A stretch of 63,254 bases of DNA, counting the filler, from Phoronis australis (lineage: Eukaryota; Animalia; Phoronida): NCBI GenBank assembly GCA_002633005.1. It is 5 parts of 5 records of this genome, joined end to end, with 100 filler letters (N's around TTAATTAATTAA, not from the genome) between each part and the next. Parts side by side here need not be neighbours in the genome. Positions count along the whole stretch, not along the records: positions 47,918 to 55,235 come from NMRA01000367.1; positions 55,336 to 59,742 come from NMRA01000509.1; positions 59,843 to 63,254 come from NMRA01000390.1; 2 more parts are not named here. One strand, written 5' to 3'. The position numbers and the translations under genes were made by a program. Positions 51,271 through 63,254 of the stretch are shown piece after piece (the stretch's first letter is position 1; the number at the start of each line of letters is the position of its first letter). The notes below the pieces were generated by a model. That model worked only from the letters and a program-made list of their open reading frames with translations. It searched no databases and had not been told where the DNA came from.

Positions 51271-53044
51271 CGTCTTTATCCGCGCGTGAAAAATTCCGGA
51301 ACTGGGACAGCAGCCCTCCTGGGTGACGAACGGACAACGACGTGGTCTCACTTCTGCTCAAGTGTAGTAGCTTGGATAAATCTAGTGCGCACTTGTCGTG
51401 AAGGGAAAGAGCCCGGGCTGGCCAAATTCATTGACGCCATATGCACACGTATACAATGTCACCTGTGCCAGCTATATTCAATGACAAGATACCAACAAAG
51501 ATAGTTTTGATTCGGGAAAGTTACTGCGATGCCTAGCTGAGGTAAAAGCCTTGAACCGCAAACAGGTTAAAAGTTCAAACTTATCATCAGTAAACAAAAG
51601 AAAATCGTTGATCATTGACCTGAAACACGTCGTCCAGAGCATCAATATACGACAACAATATCCAATGACAAATAAATTATATGCAGCAGCAAGATAATGG
51701 AACGCTATCAAATACTTACCGTGCGAGTCACATGTGTCGCCATATTTTTTATCTTTACGACCAAATGGTGGACAATAACGACGCACGTTTTGGTTTTAAT
51801 TATAAATTACGTCATATTAATGACATATGTTCGCTTCCTAGTCCGGAGTTGCTTTTGACTGATAATTCTTGGAATGTCTTTCCTCTCCGATACAAACTGG
51901 AAGAGGGGATAAATTTCAACATTGTTGCTGGTAATTGATTTTGGCTGGGTGTTTCCTTGGCATGGAAGAAGTTTGTAACATGTTTTGTTCCAGATTCAGT
52001 TTGTAGTATAAAGCATGAGCACTTATGGTTAAATACAAACATATATATTGACTTTGTTCAACATTGATATAAGAAAGGCTGAAGAACGTTGAGAGATAAA
52101 ATACTGAATGATGATGGAACAATTCTAAGTTTACAATCATTAAAAGGATAATTTGGTATAAAGGGTACGTTTTGGATCATTACACAGACTTGTAAAGTCA
52201 GTTCATCAAATTTGGTTAGATTCCCTTTACCAGTTTGAATATGTAAAACAAAAATTTCCGACAATTTCGACTCCACTGTTCCATGTCGTCAGTGCTCAAA
52301 TGAATTATTCAAACTTTAGGAAGACATTTGTTAGAAATTTGGAAGCCTAAATAGCCATGTGGATAGTGCCTTGCAGAAGAGGGTTCCTCGCTGGTTCCCT
52401 TCGTGCTAAGTCAGCACGCAGGTATCACTCAGTAGCACGTGCTTTATCATTGGTTGATGAAACCTCAGCATTCATTGGTTATAGCTTTACAAGAAAGTGA
52501 GAAAATGTCTGACTAACAAACGGTTTTTAGCCTTGTTAAGTGTCATAGCAGCAACTATTTCGTTTCTGCAGTAATATTTAAGAGCCGCGTGCTTGAAGCA
52601 CACACATGTACAATAAGGATTGTTCTGAAATCCCTCGACAATGATAAACACGTCGTCATCTGGCCGGTTTAACTAGTGTGTCATTCCTACTGTGTGAATA
52701 CAGGACAGCAACGTAAACCAGTCAGCGACAGTAGAAAGATGCATTCCAAAAAGGCGCAACCACCATAACGCTAAACCCTCGTGAGAGACCGCCCCGAGAT
52801 GGATGCTGGAGCAACTCGGGGCGGTCTGGGATCAAGCGGAAAAACCACAGGGTAAATCTGTGGTCGACGAATCTATTCGGTCGATTACATTTTATTGCCC
52901 GTGAAGCCGCTAAGGGCTGCCTGAAGAAATATGACTCGCGCGTTTGTATTTTCGCCTTTTTCAATAACATGTAAAAGATTCATCAACAAATTCCTCGTAA
53001 AATTCTGAAAACAAGCGTTTTTCTCCCACGAAAATCGATGAAGT

Positions 53045-53522
53045 NNNNNNNNNNNNNNNNNNNNNNNNNNNNNNNNNNNNNNNNNNNNNNNNNNNNNNNN
53101 NNNNNNNNNNNNNNNNNNNNNNNNNNNNNNNNNNNNNNNNNNNNNNNNNNNNNNNNNNNNNNNNNNNNNNNNNNNNNNNNNNNNNNNNNNNNNNNNNNNN
53201 NNNNNNNNNNNNNNNNNNNNNNNNNNNNNNNNNNNNNNNNNNNNNNNNNNNNNNNNNNNNNNNNNNNNNNNNNNNNNNNNNNNNNNNNNNNNNNNNNNNN
53301 NNNNNNNNNNNNNNNNNNNNNNNNNNNNNNNNNNNNNNNNNNNNNNNNNNNNNNNNNNNNNNNNNNNNNNNNNNNNNNNNNNNNNNNNNNNNNNNNNNNN
53401 NNNNNNNNNNNNNNNNNNNNNNNNNNNNNNNNNNNNNNNNNNNNNNNNNNNNNNNNNNNNNNNNNNNNNNNNNNNNNNNNNNNNNNNNNNNNNNNNNNNN
53501 NNNNNNNNNNNNNNNNNNNNNN
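53045..53522. other. Sized scaffold gap (N run without spacer)
   Basis: Continuous run of N. Confidence 0.95.
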
Positions 53523-53628
53523 CTCCCAGATTCCATTTGGCAGTTCGGGGATGCGCCGTCTGACGGGCAAAATCCTGGCTAATACTCTGCCCTGTCCCCC
53601 CTAAATAAAAATCCTGGATCCGCACCTG
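53523..53628 (-). mobile_element. Dispersed MITE, copy 2 (truncated by the gap)
   Basis: Reverse complement begins CAGGTGCGGATCCAGGATTTTTATTTAGGGG and aligns with 22465-22560. Confidence 0.65.
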
Positions 53629-54949
53629 CATGCTGCTGAAATGAAGTTTCAACAAATAACTCAGTGCTGTAGAAAGCTAACTTCAACGGTTGGAAGCACC
53701 TGACGCCCCTTCTGCCGGCAAAAATGGATGCTCACTCAGTAATTGTTCGCTATTGCCTTTATTTGTTTGGCTTTTCAATAATTCTGAAAACAAAATGACA
53801 ATCTATTACAGAACTTGAAAGCTGAAGCTGATACCCTATAGAATTTGATTTTTTTTTTTACTTTTATGCCAATACCGAGCGTTTCAACTAGAATAATCCC
53901 TTGAGAAGGTCTTTAATTAATTCGCTATCAAACTAACAATGATTTGGAAACAAATTATTTTGTTTTCAGTGTAGAAACTGATTACCACAGAAGTTTGACT
54001 TCGTTCGCCTGTAGTCAATAAAGTGAGTTCATTTGTAAATTTTCAGGTCAGCCGTAAGGGTCGCACGTGCTGATAAGAAGGTGTTATGTTCGCAGTGTCG
54101 GTTGTATGAGTCACTACAGTGGGTGGCGAAGTCAGAGCTCGCGGAATATTCTGGCAACAGCTCGTCTCAGAGGGATGTGCCACACAATCTGATATCAACG
54201 TTTGAAACGACTGATCCCGTAACGTAATGGGAAGCCTACGTTTACTTTCGTATAACAATTCAAACACTTATAAAATTGTTTTGTGTTACCCTGTAAAATT
54301 CCTTGTCACACTATTTGACTTTACGAAGAAGCAGATCATCTTGAAAGATGAGAGTAATTATGCCACAGTTGCCGTGGTGTCGAGTGTTGCAGAGAATTAT
54401 TTTGTTTCAGAGAACTGGGTGGGAAAGTCGTTTTTAGTGTCTGCTAATGGGCCAAAACTATCTGGCCAATATATGTACACAGATGTAACCTGCCATCTGC
54501 CGGAGTATTCATACACAGGCAACAGTTTTGTCGGGAGCGGGACAATGTCAACGAGCCAATCCAGGTATGCAGCAAGGACATCTGTTGTCGAAAATCATGA
54601 TTCTATTTTTGGAATGCAGGGATTCCCAGACACTCTTCTACAAAGAAGATACGAAAGACAAAAGCGCGCGGCTACCAAAATTCGATCAGCTAGACATAAA
54701 GACTTATTTGTGCAATGGGTTGTGGAGATGAAACTGCAGAAAAAGAATTTTTTAATGTTTATTATGAAATTGTCACAGAAAGTGCCAACAGGCTTATACA
54801 TAAAGATATATAAAGATATATAAAAATATACACAAATACATGAATAAAATGTTAAGATTACAATGACATGATGGTAATGAATTTAAATAAATCATTTTCA
54901 TTCACAATAAATAAATTCACATGTATACAATTTATCTACTCACACAAAG

Positions 54950-55235
54950 AGTTTACTCACACGGACTCACACAGAGATTTAATATTAAAACGGATTTTGA
55001 AACTATTTCGAATAAAACCTTATTTTCATTTAGGTCAAGCTCCATTTTACATCCACTTAGAAAAAAATTGAAGAAGATCTGAATATTTTTTGTAAACATT
55101 GTCAGATTTTTTAGTGTCTGGAAAAGTGGGGCCCTCTGCTCTCCCCACATACCACACAGGCAAGCAAAGAAAATATGAGCATTTGTCGAAGTGTCTCCAC
55201 AGAAACAAAGAGTGGGTGAAGTATTTCAAAAAACA
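54950..55235 (-). mobile_element. L1/Tx1-type LINE ORF2 C-terminal relic
   Basis: FFEILHPLFVSVETLRQMLIFSLLACVVCGESRGPHF resembles the ILH...C..C..E...H.F zinc-binding region of L1/Tx1 ORF2; stops follow. Confidence 0.45.
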
Positions 55236-55335
55236 NNNNNNNNNNNNNNNNNNNNNNNNNNNNNNNNNNNNNNNNNNNNTTAATTAATTAANNNNNNNNN
55301 NNNNNNNNNNNNNNNNNNNNNNNNNNNNNNNNNNN

Positions 55336-57899
55336 ATCGCCGACTTTATCAACGCATTTGCCATTTCGGCACGGCGCCTGGCGGCAATCGTCTATATTCT
55401 TTTCGCATGTCTTTCCTTCCCAACCATGTTCACACTCGCATTTGAAGGTTACCAATTGATTTGTGCAGGTACCGTGTACACAGGGTGTCTGAGCACATTG
55501 ATTGATTTTAGTTTGGCATATTCTGCCAGTGTATCCAGGAAAACAGTGGCAATGGTACGAATTAGTTCCGTCTCTGCAGCTGCCATGGTAACATGGGCTA
55601 CTTTGACACTCGTTGATATTCACTCCACACAGATTCCCTGAAATTGTACAAAAACTTGTATAATGAGTGTCAGTGCAAATCCTGAAGTGACAGTCAGTAA
55701 AGTCCGCTTTTTTCTACTGAAATTGGAGAGATGGTGGACCTTTTTGTATTGTAAGTAAAAGCTACGAGTGGCATAATGTTGCTTTTTAGGATAGGTATAC
55801 TTGATTGACCTCGCCGCTTCCACTCAGGCCTACCGGCAAAGACATACATGTATCTGGTTAATTCTCAGTGGCGACTTTTTGCTCTTAACCAAATCAGATT
55901 TCTTAGGGTAATAAATGACTCGTTATAATTTCTAGAGGTGGACATGCGAGGTGCTCCGGAGACCCGAGATACATGTACTTAAAGCGGCATTAAACCCGGT
56001 TGTTAAAATGGCCTCGCTGTGTTCCTTTTTTAAAAGTCATCTCTGGTCTAGAGAACAACTGCATTTCATCAGAAAGTAAGCCCGTAAAACGACAGGTCAC
56101 GTCATAGCCTGAAATTTTCTGAGTCCAACAATTACACCATTTCAAACGAAGAACAATTAAGACCAATTACCTACTGTAAGTGGACTAAGTGTAACCATTG
56201 ATCTTTCAGCAAACTCTGGTGTAAAGCTGCTTTAATACGACTGCACGTGCGGTCAGAAATATCTGCTGACTAAGTAGAAGGCCGAAAACATGCAATAATT
56301 CACCATCCTATCCTCAACGATCAATCACTTTAATGGGCGCAATGAACGTTGCGAGGGTGCGTAAGTTCTTGGGCATACTCGCTTAAGACTTGCGGGGTTT
56401 TGCGTGAACTCGCTTTCAAGCAAGGTTTTAGGTCCACGGAACGCAGATTCGTTTGAGTGGAAGTGTGGCTTTTGGTGGAAGAGACGGTGCTACCTGAAAA
56501 TCCGGCTTTACATCTGCAACTGAACGTCCTGTGTCCATCTATGCATGTCCCGCCATTTAGGCAACTGTCTGGGCGACAGTCATTCTCACTGGTCTTGCAG
56601 TCCCTGCCAGTCCAACCTGAAACATTGATAGGTAATGCAGTTATAGTTTTACAGATGTATCGGCGGTAACGCCCTAACCACTCCACATCTCAATAACCAT
56701 TTTCCGATTAGCGAGGTTAGTCGAGTCTCCCAAAATGGCCATAAGGTATTTCGCGGACAAATGTTATGTCAACTTATGTTCACGTGTCAGTTAAATGGAC
56801 TCAGGTCAAAAGGCAGCGAGACTTATCATGATTTGATATAAATTCGATGTATTTTTCATATTTCGCCAAATTATGAGAGAAAGCAATTGCGCTTCGTCTT
56901 GGTCAATCTCGGCTTGTCGTGACGACAGATTTTGAAACTGGGTCAAGCGAAAGTGTGTTTTAAAGAGACCTGTGACGTAATTAACAGCTTAAATTGCAAT
57001 ATGTAAAGTCTTTCTGAAACAGGATTCAGCCTGCAGTTCATAAAGATTTTAAATTTCTGTTAATATCAAAGCATTTTCTTTCAGTTCGCAATTTCAAAAA
57101 AAAAAACAATCTGTCAACTGATCGCCACTTCATCGATTTTACTTCCACTATTTTGTAATTCTTTCTGGGAGTGAATTACTCTGTGCTAGACGTTAGAAGA
57201 AAGTACTTTCGACAGGAATTGTTTAAAAGCTTTTTGGGAGCTTTTGCGTTCCATGACTCTTAAGGCCATACAACTCTGTTGCTACAAACCAAATTTTGTC
57301 GTTAAATGAAAATTTCGCGATTTCGGGTAAACAATAAAACGTCGATGACGTGTGAAACTTTACCATAGGTGACTTCGATAAGCGCACCAGATTCGGATTC
57401 GGAAAATGGAAGTGCGGAAACCCCAGTTTGTCATGGCGGCGATTTAGTCCCGGGTGGTGACTTTTTCCACTGGCTATCTATCAATTCCAACCGAGTTACA
57501 TGGAGAAGCGAGAAAGAGCTTCAGTCTATTGATGTTGACTTAGGCGAAAAAGGCGTTTTGGATTTTAGCATCGGTAGTCGTCAGTCCCCGTATTGGTCCG
57601 ATGTTTGCCTTTACCAGATTCTTCAGTTCGTTCGCAGCAGCCTGCCGCGGACAAGGCTGACTGAGAACCGACAATTCAAACAGTGTCTCTAAGATATAGT
57701 TGCAAACGAAGTGATGCGTATATGCACTAATACTCCAATAGATACAGGTATCAGTTAATTAGTACAGTTACCTCCCCTGCACACGGGTACTCCCGTGTAG
57801 ACGTTACAGGCGTAGTAAACTGGATCAGGTATGCACTTCACAGAACAGTAGCGCCCGTACCAGTTCTTGTCACAGGAGACGAATGCTTCAGCGGTGAGC
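55336..57899 (-). CDS. Delta-like protein: DSL domain plus EGF repeats (partial)
   Basis: Phase-consistent exons: 57899-57772 (CDKNWYGRYCSVKCIPDPVYYACNVYTGVPVCRG), 56616-56494 (GWTGRDC..ENDCRPDSCLNGGTCIDGHRTFSCRCKAGFS) and 55637-55336 (NINECQSSPCYHGSCRDG..., further EGF repeats, cut by the spacer). Confidence 0.88.
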
Positions 57900-57978
57900 C
57901 TGAAGAATAAAATTGGGCGAGTGTTTAGGAACAGGAAGCACGAGGCAGAGGGAGTGAGTGCCCCGTTCTTGAACTTAC

Positions 57979-58960
57979 TGTGGATCCTACCACTACCAAG
58001 TCGTTGCCTGCAGTCCATGAATCCGTCAACTGCCGGGTGATTAGTTTTGTAATGTTCTCTGGTCGATTAATGACTACTTCTGTGGTTCCAAGTAATATTT
58101 GCAAAATAAGCCACGGGTCGCCGCCTTATATAATCAAATGTGAAACCAAAATCTTGTCGGCACGTACTGTAGCCTGTGGTATCGTCAGCTCTGAAATTTC
58201 TTAAATTCTCATTTCCTCGAACGTAATTTGTTACTCTACGTGTAATTGACTATTCAGGTGGTCCTTGATCTGTTTTTAGCAACACAAGGAAATACAATTT
58301 AAACAATAAGCATGACGTCGAGACAAAACAACAAATAACGGCGAATAACGACGTCTTGGATATTCACCGGATACCTGCGGAAGGTATCTCGCAGCTATTA
58401 GTAACTTGAAAGAACACACGTGTTTGGGTGTTGGTTGTAGCTACTTCAAATACTGAACTGAAGATGGCCCGCTGTGACGTGGACAGAAGTCAGACAATGG
58501 CTTTAACTGTACGTTACGTTTGGCAAATTATGATATCAGTAAGGTGCTGATTTTAGCATATTGTAGAAACAACGTAAGTAGACTTTAAAAGCGTTGAGTA
58601 TTCGTTTTGCTGTATGATGTCAATATCGATCCCTGACTGTTGTCTTTGACACCTACAAAAGTGAAGAATTTGGGATTTCCCAATGACGCTCCTGAAATTG
58701 AATCAGTTCGTCGACGCGTTCCTCATTTTCTTTCGAACATGCAGTCTTCGGTCTCCCAAGCCTCGGACCCTGTGTATTTTAGCAGTAAGCCTATTTACAT
58801 TGGCACGACTCCACCCTTATGTGCGGACTCCACGCTTATGTGCGAACTCCCTTACGAACCTTCTACCGCTTCATCCTTTCTCCTTGAAATATGTTTCACT
58901 AGTAAATTTATCACTTTCACTCAAAGCCATCATTAAAAACTGATTTGAATACATATCTGT
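57979..58960 (-). pseudogene. Disrupted upstream exons of the Delta-like gene (N-terminal C2/MNNL-like region)
   Basis: 57979-58190 has splice boundaries but carries an in-frame TAA and a phase mismatch with the DSL exon. Around 58600-58960 the strand reads DCMFERK*GTRRRTDSISGASLGNPKFFTF, reminiscent of the Notch-ligand N-terminus, with several stops. Confidence 0.4.
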
Positions 58961-59842
58961 CTATACAAAACAACAGACTTGAGACCCAGGCAGATAATTT
59001 TTGAAAGACAGATGCAAGCACAACATGAACGTGATGACAGTCTCAGTGATATTTCATTTTCACCCTGCCGTGTTGAATTTCACCGTACGTCTGTAATTTT
59101 TATATTTCTCTGCAATACTTTGTACACTTTTTGATGACACCTTAAAAATACATTGCTAAAAATTGAACGAATTTGGTTGATCCGTTACTGAGTTTTGTCA
59201 AAAAGTGACTCGCCTTTTACAGTATATAGCTGTAGCGCTTGCAAAGTTTTGTCGAGTTTTCCTTATTTTCGAATGAAAACAAAATACTTAGGCTATCTCA
59301 GATTTAGTACATACTGTATATATAACGTTGTAAGGACAATATCGAATGTCGATTTTTGTATCGAATGAGCGTGCAACGATTGTCTTGATTGGAGCACAGT
59401 GGTTACGACAGTGTACATAGACTCTATTCACGCGGCGGACATTAAAATCCAAAGCGAGGCTCACTGCGATAAACAAAGCGAAAGTAGACATTGCGTGAGT
59501 TAAATAGCCGGTCTTTCGAGTCCAACCTGGACATTGAATTTTAATAATGTGACAACAATTAAACCACACAGACGTAGAAAATTACATTAGAGAACAAGTT
59601 AAGGCGTCAAAGAGTTGTCTGACGAAAGGGTTTAATTTTTTTCGGAAAACTAGGTTCGAAACATGAAAAGTAAATATGACCAAATTGCGGCGATCGTAGT
59701 GTTACGGATTAGGTATTATGCTGAATGCAGGGTTACTTTTTTNNNNNNNNNNNNNNNNNNNNNNNNNNNNNNNNNNNNNNNNNNNNTTAATTAATTAANN
59801 NNNNNNNNNNNNNNNNNNNNNNNNNNNNNNNNNNNNNNNNNN

Positions 59843-62800
59843 ATGACGCCTAATTCTGTTAACAGCACAAATGACATGTTGTAACTAATAGGGAGGCAAA
59901 ACTCTAAGAGAATGACTCGGCTACTGCACCAACCTTCCTGTTAATTGTCCTTCATTCATGGTCATAAAGGACGTCTACTCTAACAATGAATTCACCTTCC
60001 ACCCATCTGTTATCATGTCATTATGTCTGAATGCTTATGGCTTGTAGTGTACTGTCCATAGATTATGTTCATTGTTGTTGATTGTTGCCCTTTCTTTTCT
60101 TATAGACTGGTATGGTGAGATTGCCTCTCAATCAGCAGCAGCAGTTTGTAGCCCCGCCCGCATACACACCGCAGATGGCTCACAACTTTCAGGCTAATCA
60201 GCAGAAACAAAGGTAATAATTAGTGTCTGGTTGAGATTATTTTGGTCTAACAATAGTTAAACAACTTGATGTAGTCAAGTCATCGCAATTCACTTCATTT
60301 TAAGTTGTTAATATTTTAATACCAGCAAACCAAATTTCAGAACAAAGTTTGCTGTCATCTTCTCTCGAAAGATGTCGTGAAACTTTAGGAAATGGCGTGT
60401 GTGCGTGTCACGAGCGTACTGTTTTCAAAATGACGACCTTCTTCTCTTTGTTACAAAAGGTGGAGAATGACCCAAGAAAATGATGTTTATTTGATTGTTC
60501 TTCGTTTAAATGGCTGTAACAAGCAAGTTCAGTGGCGGTTGACTCCTAGATTTTGCATGCACTCCCCGCTGGTCTTTAACAATACATGTTGATACTAGTT
60601 TAATGGCGAGGTGACGAGCAGAACTAACCGGGCTGTGTACAATTTGGAGGACTGTTGGAGCTCAACACAGTGGTACCTAACTTTATTTTGACAATAGTCT
60701 TGCTACAGCTAGCTGGCTGGCTATACAAGATGATACGTCATCCAACACAGTAACTACGTTTTAATTAAGTTTGCCCGTTTTGCCGATCAGATTCAAAATC
60801 TCACTTTCTGTTGTTTTCCTCATAACCTGTGTGATATTTTCTTTTTTTCGCCGCGGTTTGCTTAGAAGGAGGGTTGATTCCCTCTAAAAATGCCACATTG
60901 TTATGCTTGACGAATGAAAATGAAAATGAGAACAGCCACGATGATAGCATGTGCACCAGTTGTGCACAAGTCAACGTGCATATCATGATTCTGCGTACTA
61001 CAACAGTTTTCTAGGGATTGGAACAATACTCATTGTCATGCCAGTGGACACACCGAGAAATGCTGTGCTGTACTGGTAAACCATATGCCTGGACCAAAAT
61101 ACGGAAAAGCCTTTGTACCTGGAAATCTCATGGCCGCACCAAATAGACTCTATACATGTATGATCAATCTAGCTAAAAATCCTGATACTTTATTTTGTTA
61201 ACAACGATAACAAGGACAACCATTTTAATTCATATGGTTTTTCAGTATTGTTATAAATTTATAAAATAATCTTACACTGTACAATAAGAAGTCAGTTCCA
61301 AGAAGTATGGTATTTCCCTTGCTGTGAGCACATGGACCGGTTTTCTGCCTTTCCCCCTTTTTCTTCGTTTTGGACTGGTCCACCTTTGTGCAGGACCCAC
61401 CACACATTGCGCTCACTATGACCTTTTGTCTAGACAAATCGCATAACAGTTAACATCTACTGACTCAGTAGGAGTGCATTGTGCTGATGTTTATTACTTG
61501 TGGAGCATTGACACGAGGACCAAACTTAACCTTAAATTCATGATAAAAACAGCACAGGGAGGAGAAAAGTTATTCATTTTCATCTGGGAAACGGTAGAGT
61601 GCTTTTGCGCTCTGAAAATTCACTTGCCACCTGGGCAACCGGCAAGTAAACTTCTACTCGCCCAGCACCATTTTTACTCGCATTGGCGACTGGGTGAGTG
61701 GCTAAGTATATCCCTGAACCCTGAGAATATTAGGTGATAGGATACCAGTTTTGATTCGACTACTGCGAAGTGTGCGGTCGTGCTGCTTATTTTGGATTGG
61801 CTGTTTTAGTACAGCTGTGTACATTCAGAAAGTTATTGAAACTGTTTCTTATGGTAATTTGAATATCTACAGAAAAGCTGCAGAGGATCAAAGGCGGGAG
61901 TACGAGAAGAAGCGCCAATTCCAGCTGCAGCAGCAGAAACTGAAAGAAGTGACAAAAGGGGGCGGTAAGAGTCTAGATGCCAATGTACTCTNAGATTTTC
62001 ACGTCTTGCCACATAATCTGCTTATCATCAGCTTCGGCAGATCAACTTAATTTGATCATAGGAACATGAACTCTCTAAAGCAGCTCGGTGGATTTCACTG
62101 AAACTTTCAAAAGTTAATTTTTATTCATCATTCTTGAAAACACTGTTTGGATTTTCGATATAAAGGCATCATTTTTGTGTAATGTAAGAAGGACGAATGT
62201 AGCTTCTATTTTTTACAAAAATATCGTTTTGTGTGTTGATTTTTCTTAGAAGTCAAACAAAACGGTTAATCGAAAATTTTAAATAGCATTTTTGAGGTAA
62301 CTGGTGAAGTTTTCATATAAAAAAGGTTTCATTAATTAATTGATCAAGGTTTTTTCCATGAATGTACCTTTTTTCACTTAAAAAAGGTGTTAACATAATA
62401 ATAATAATGACACATGAATATAAGCATATTTTTATATTCCCTGATCTTTTTTTCAGAAAATATATTACTTTTACTTGTTGACAAAGCATAGTTTTTAGGT
62501 ATAGTTGTTAGAATGGAGGCCACTAAATAAGGTTTGAGATAACCTTAAGCTGATTCTTTTTACGAATATCTCCAGCTAGTGAAAAAAAAATTAATGTGTA
62601 CAATTGTATGCCCTTTGGTTATTAACCCAACATATCGTAGCAGATTTAGACCCGTGCACCTGTGTTAGGTACCTGTGGATGTGCATTTGTCATCTCTTGA
62701 AATTAAGTTAAATATTGCTGCAGTTCTTGTATGATCAAGAAATCATATTATGGTAATATTTAGACATCTATAAACAAAATACTATCAAGTTTTAACAGGA

Positions 62801-63254
62801 CCCATGTTTACAATGAAATAGGTGACTTTCGAAATAGCTGCGCGTTATTGAATTTCACTAACTCGCCGGATGGCAATCGGATCTTTGGTGGACTGGCATT
62901 CAGTGTCATCTACAAATCCCATGTAATGCGGACAGGAGATCAACCTACATACACAAGAAAACAAAAGTAATCGGACAAAACCCCGTTTTCCTGTCATGAC
63001 GCCTAATTCTGTTAACAGCACAAATGACATGTTGTAACTAATAGGGAGGCAAAACTCTAAGAGAATGACTCGGCTATTGCACCAACCTTCCTGTTAATTG
63101 TCCTTCATTCATGGTCATAAAGGACGTCTACTCTAACAATGAATTCACCTTCCACCCATCTGTTATCATGTCATTATGTCTGAATGCTTATGGCTTGTAG
63201 TGTACTGTCCATAGATTATGTTCATTGGTTTTGATTGTTGCCCTTTCTTTTCTT
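59843..63254. repeat. 259-bp direct repeat at both ends of the last piece (59843-60101 and 62996-63254)
   Basis: Offset 3153 bp; about 3 mismatches. Confidence 0.9.
60106..61991 (+). CDS. SYNRG: Two exons of a synergin gamma-like gene (partial)
   Basis: Exon 60106-60212 (TGMVRLPLNQQQQFVAPPAYTPQMAHNFQANQQKQ) splices in phase 2 to an exon starting at 61873 (RKAAEDQRREYEKKRQFQLQQQKLKEVTKGGGKSLDANVL). This resembles the recalled synergin-gamma segment P.YTPDMQKQFAEEQQKR...ERKRRQFEEQKQKL. The second exon ends at a possible donor at 61965 or at the N at 61992. Confidence 0.7.

Noticed and set aside
52885-53655. Long ORFs of 188-256 aa
   Set aside because: They are artefacts of translating through the N gap.

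Overview
This is eukaryotic DNA, probably from a marine invertebrate (GT-AG introns, TTAGGG repeat), not prokaryotic. The window is five pieces joined by artificial 100-bp spacers (44 N + TTAATTAATTAA + 44 N), so adjacency across the spacers has no biological meaning. Piece 1 (1-26599) holds an intron-containing DD34E Tc1-like transposase on the + strand with one frameshift. Facing it tail-to-tail is an 11-exon, ~591-aa BEND5-like gene (N-terminal beta domain, coiled coil, C-terminal BEN domain) with one in-frame TGA. A 1.9-kb Mutator-like element (65-bp TIRs, 9-bp TSD) sits just upstream of its predicted start codon. LINE relics and an intronless PHD-finger-only ORF follow. Piece 2 (26700-47817) is a ~21-kb array of ~198-bp satellite monomers with an internal inverted repeat, ordered subtypes, a solo LTR and an interstitial (TTAGGG)4. 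Piece 3 has palindromic MULE-type MITEs, exon 1 of an ENPP-family gene and an L1/Tx1 relic. Piece 4 has a Delta-like DSL+EGF gene with disrupted 5' exons. Piece 5 has two synergin-gamma-like exons in an apparently permuted contig. The best candidate for a new system is a large two-gene DNA transposon pairing a spliced Tc1-type transposase with a BEN-domain DNA-binding protein; its termini were not identified. All family assignments come from motif recognition by eye, not database searches.
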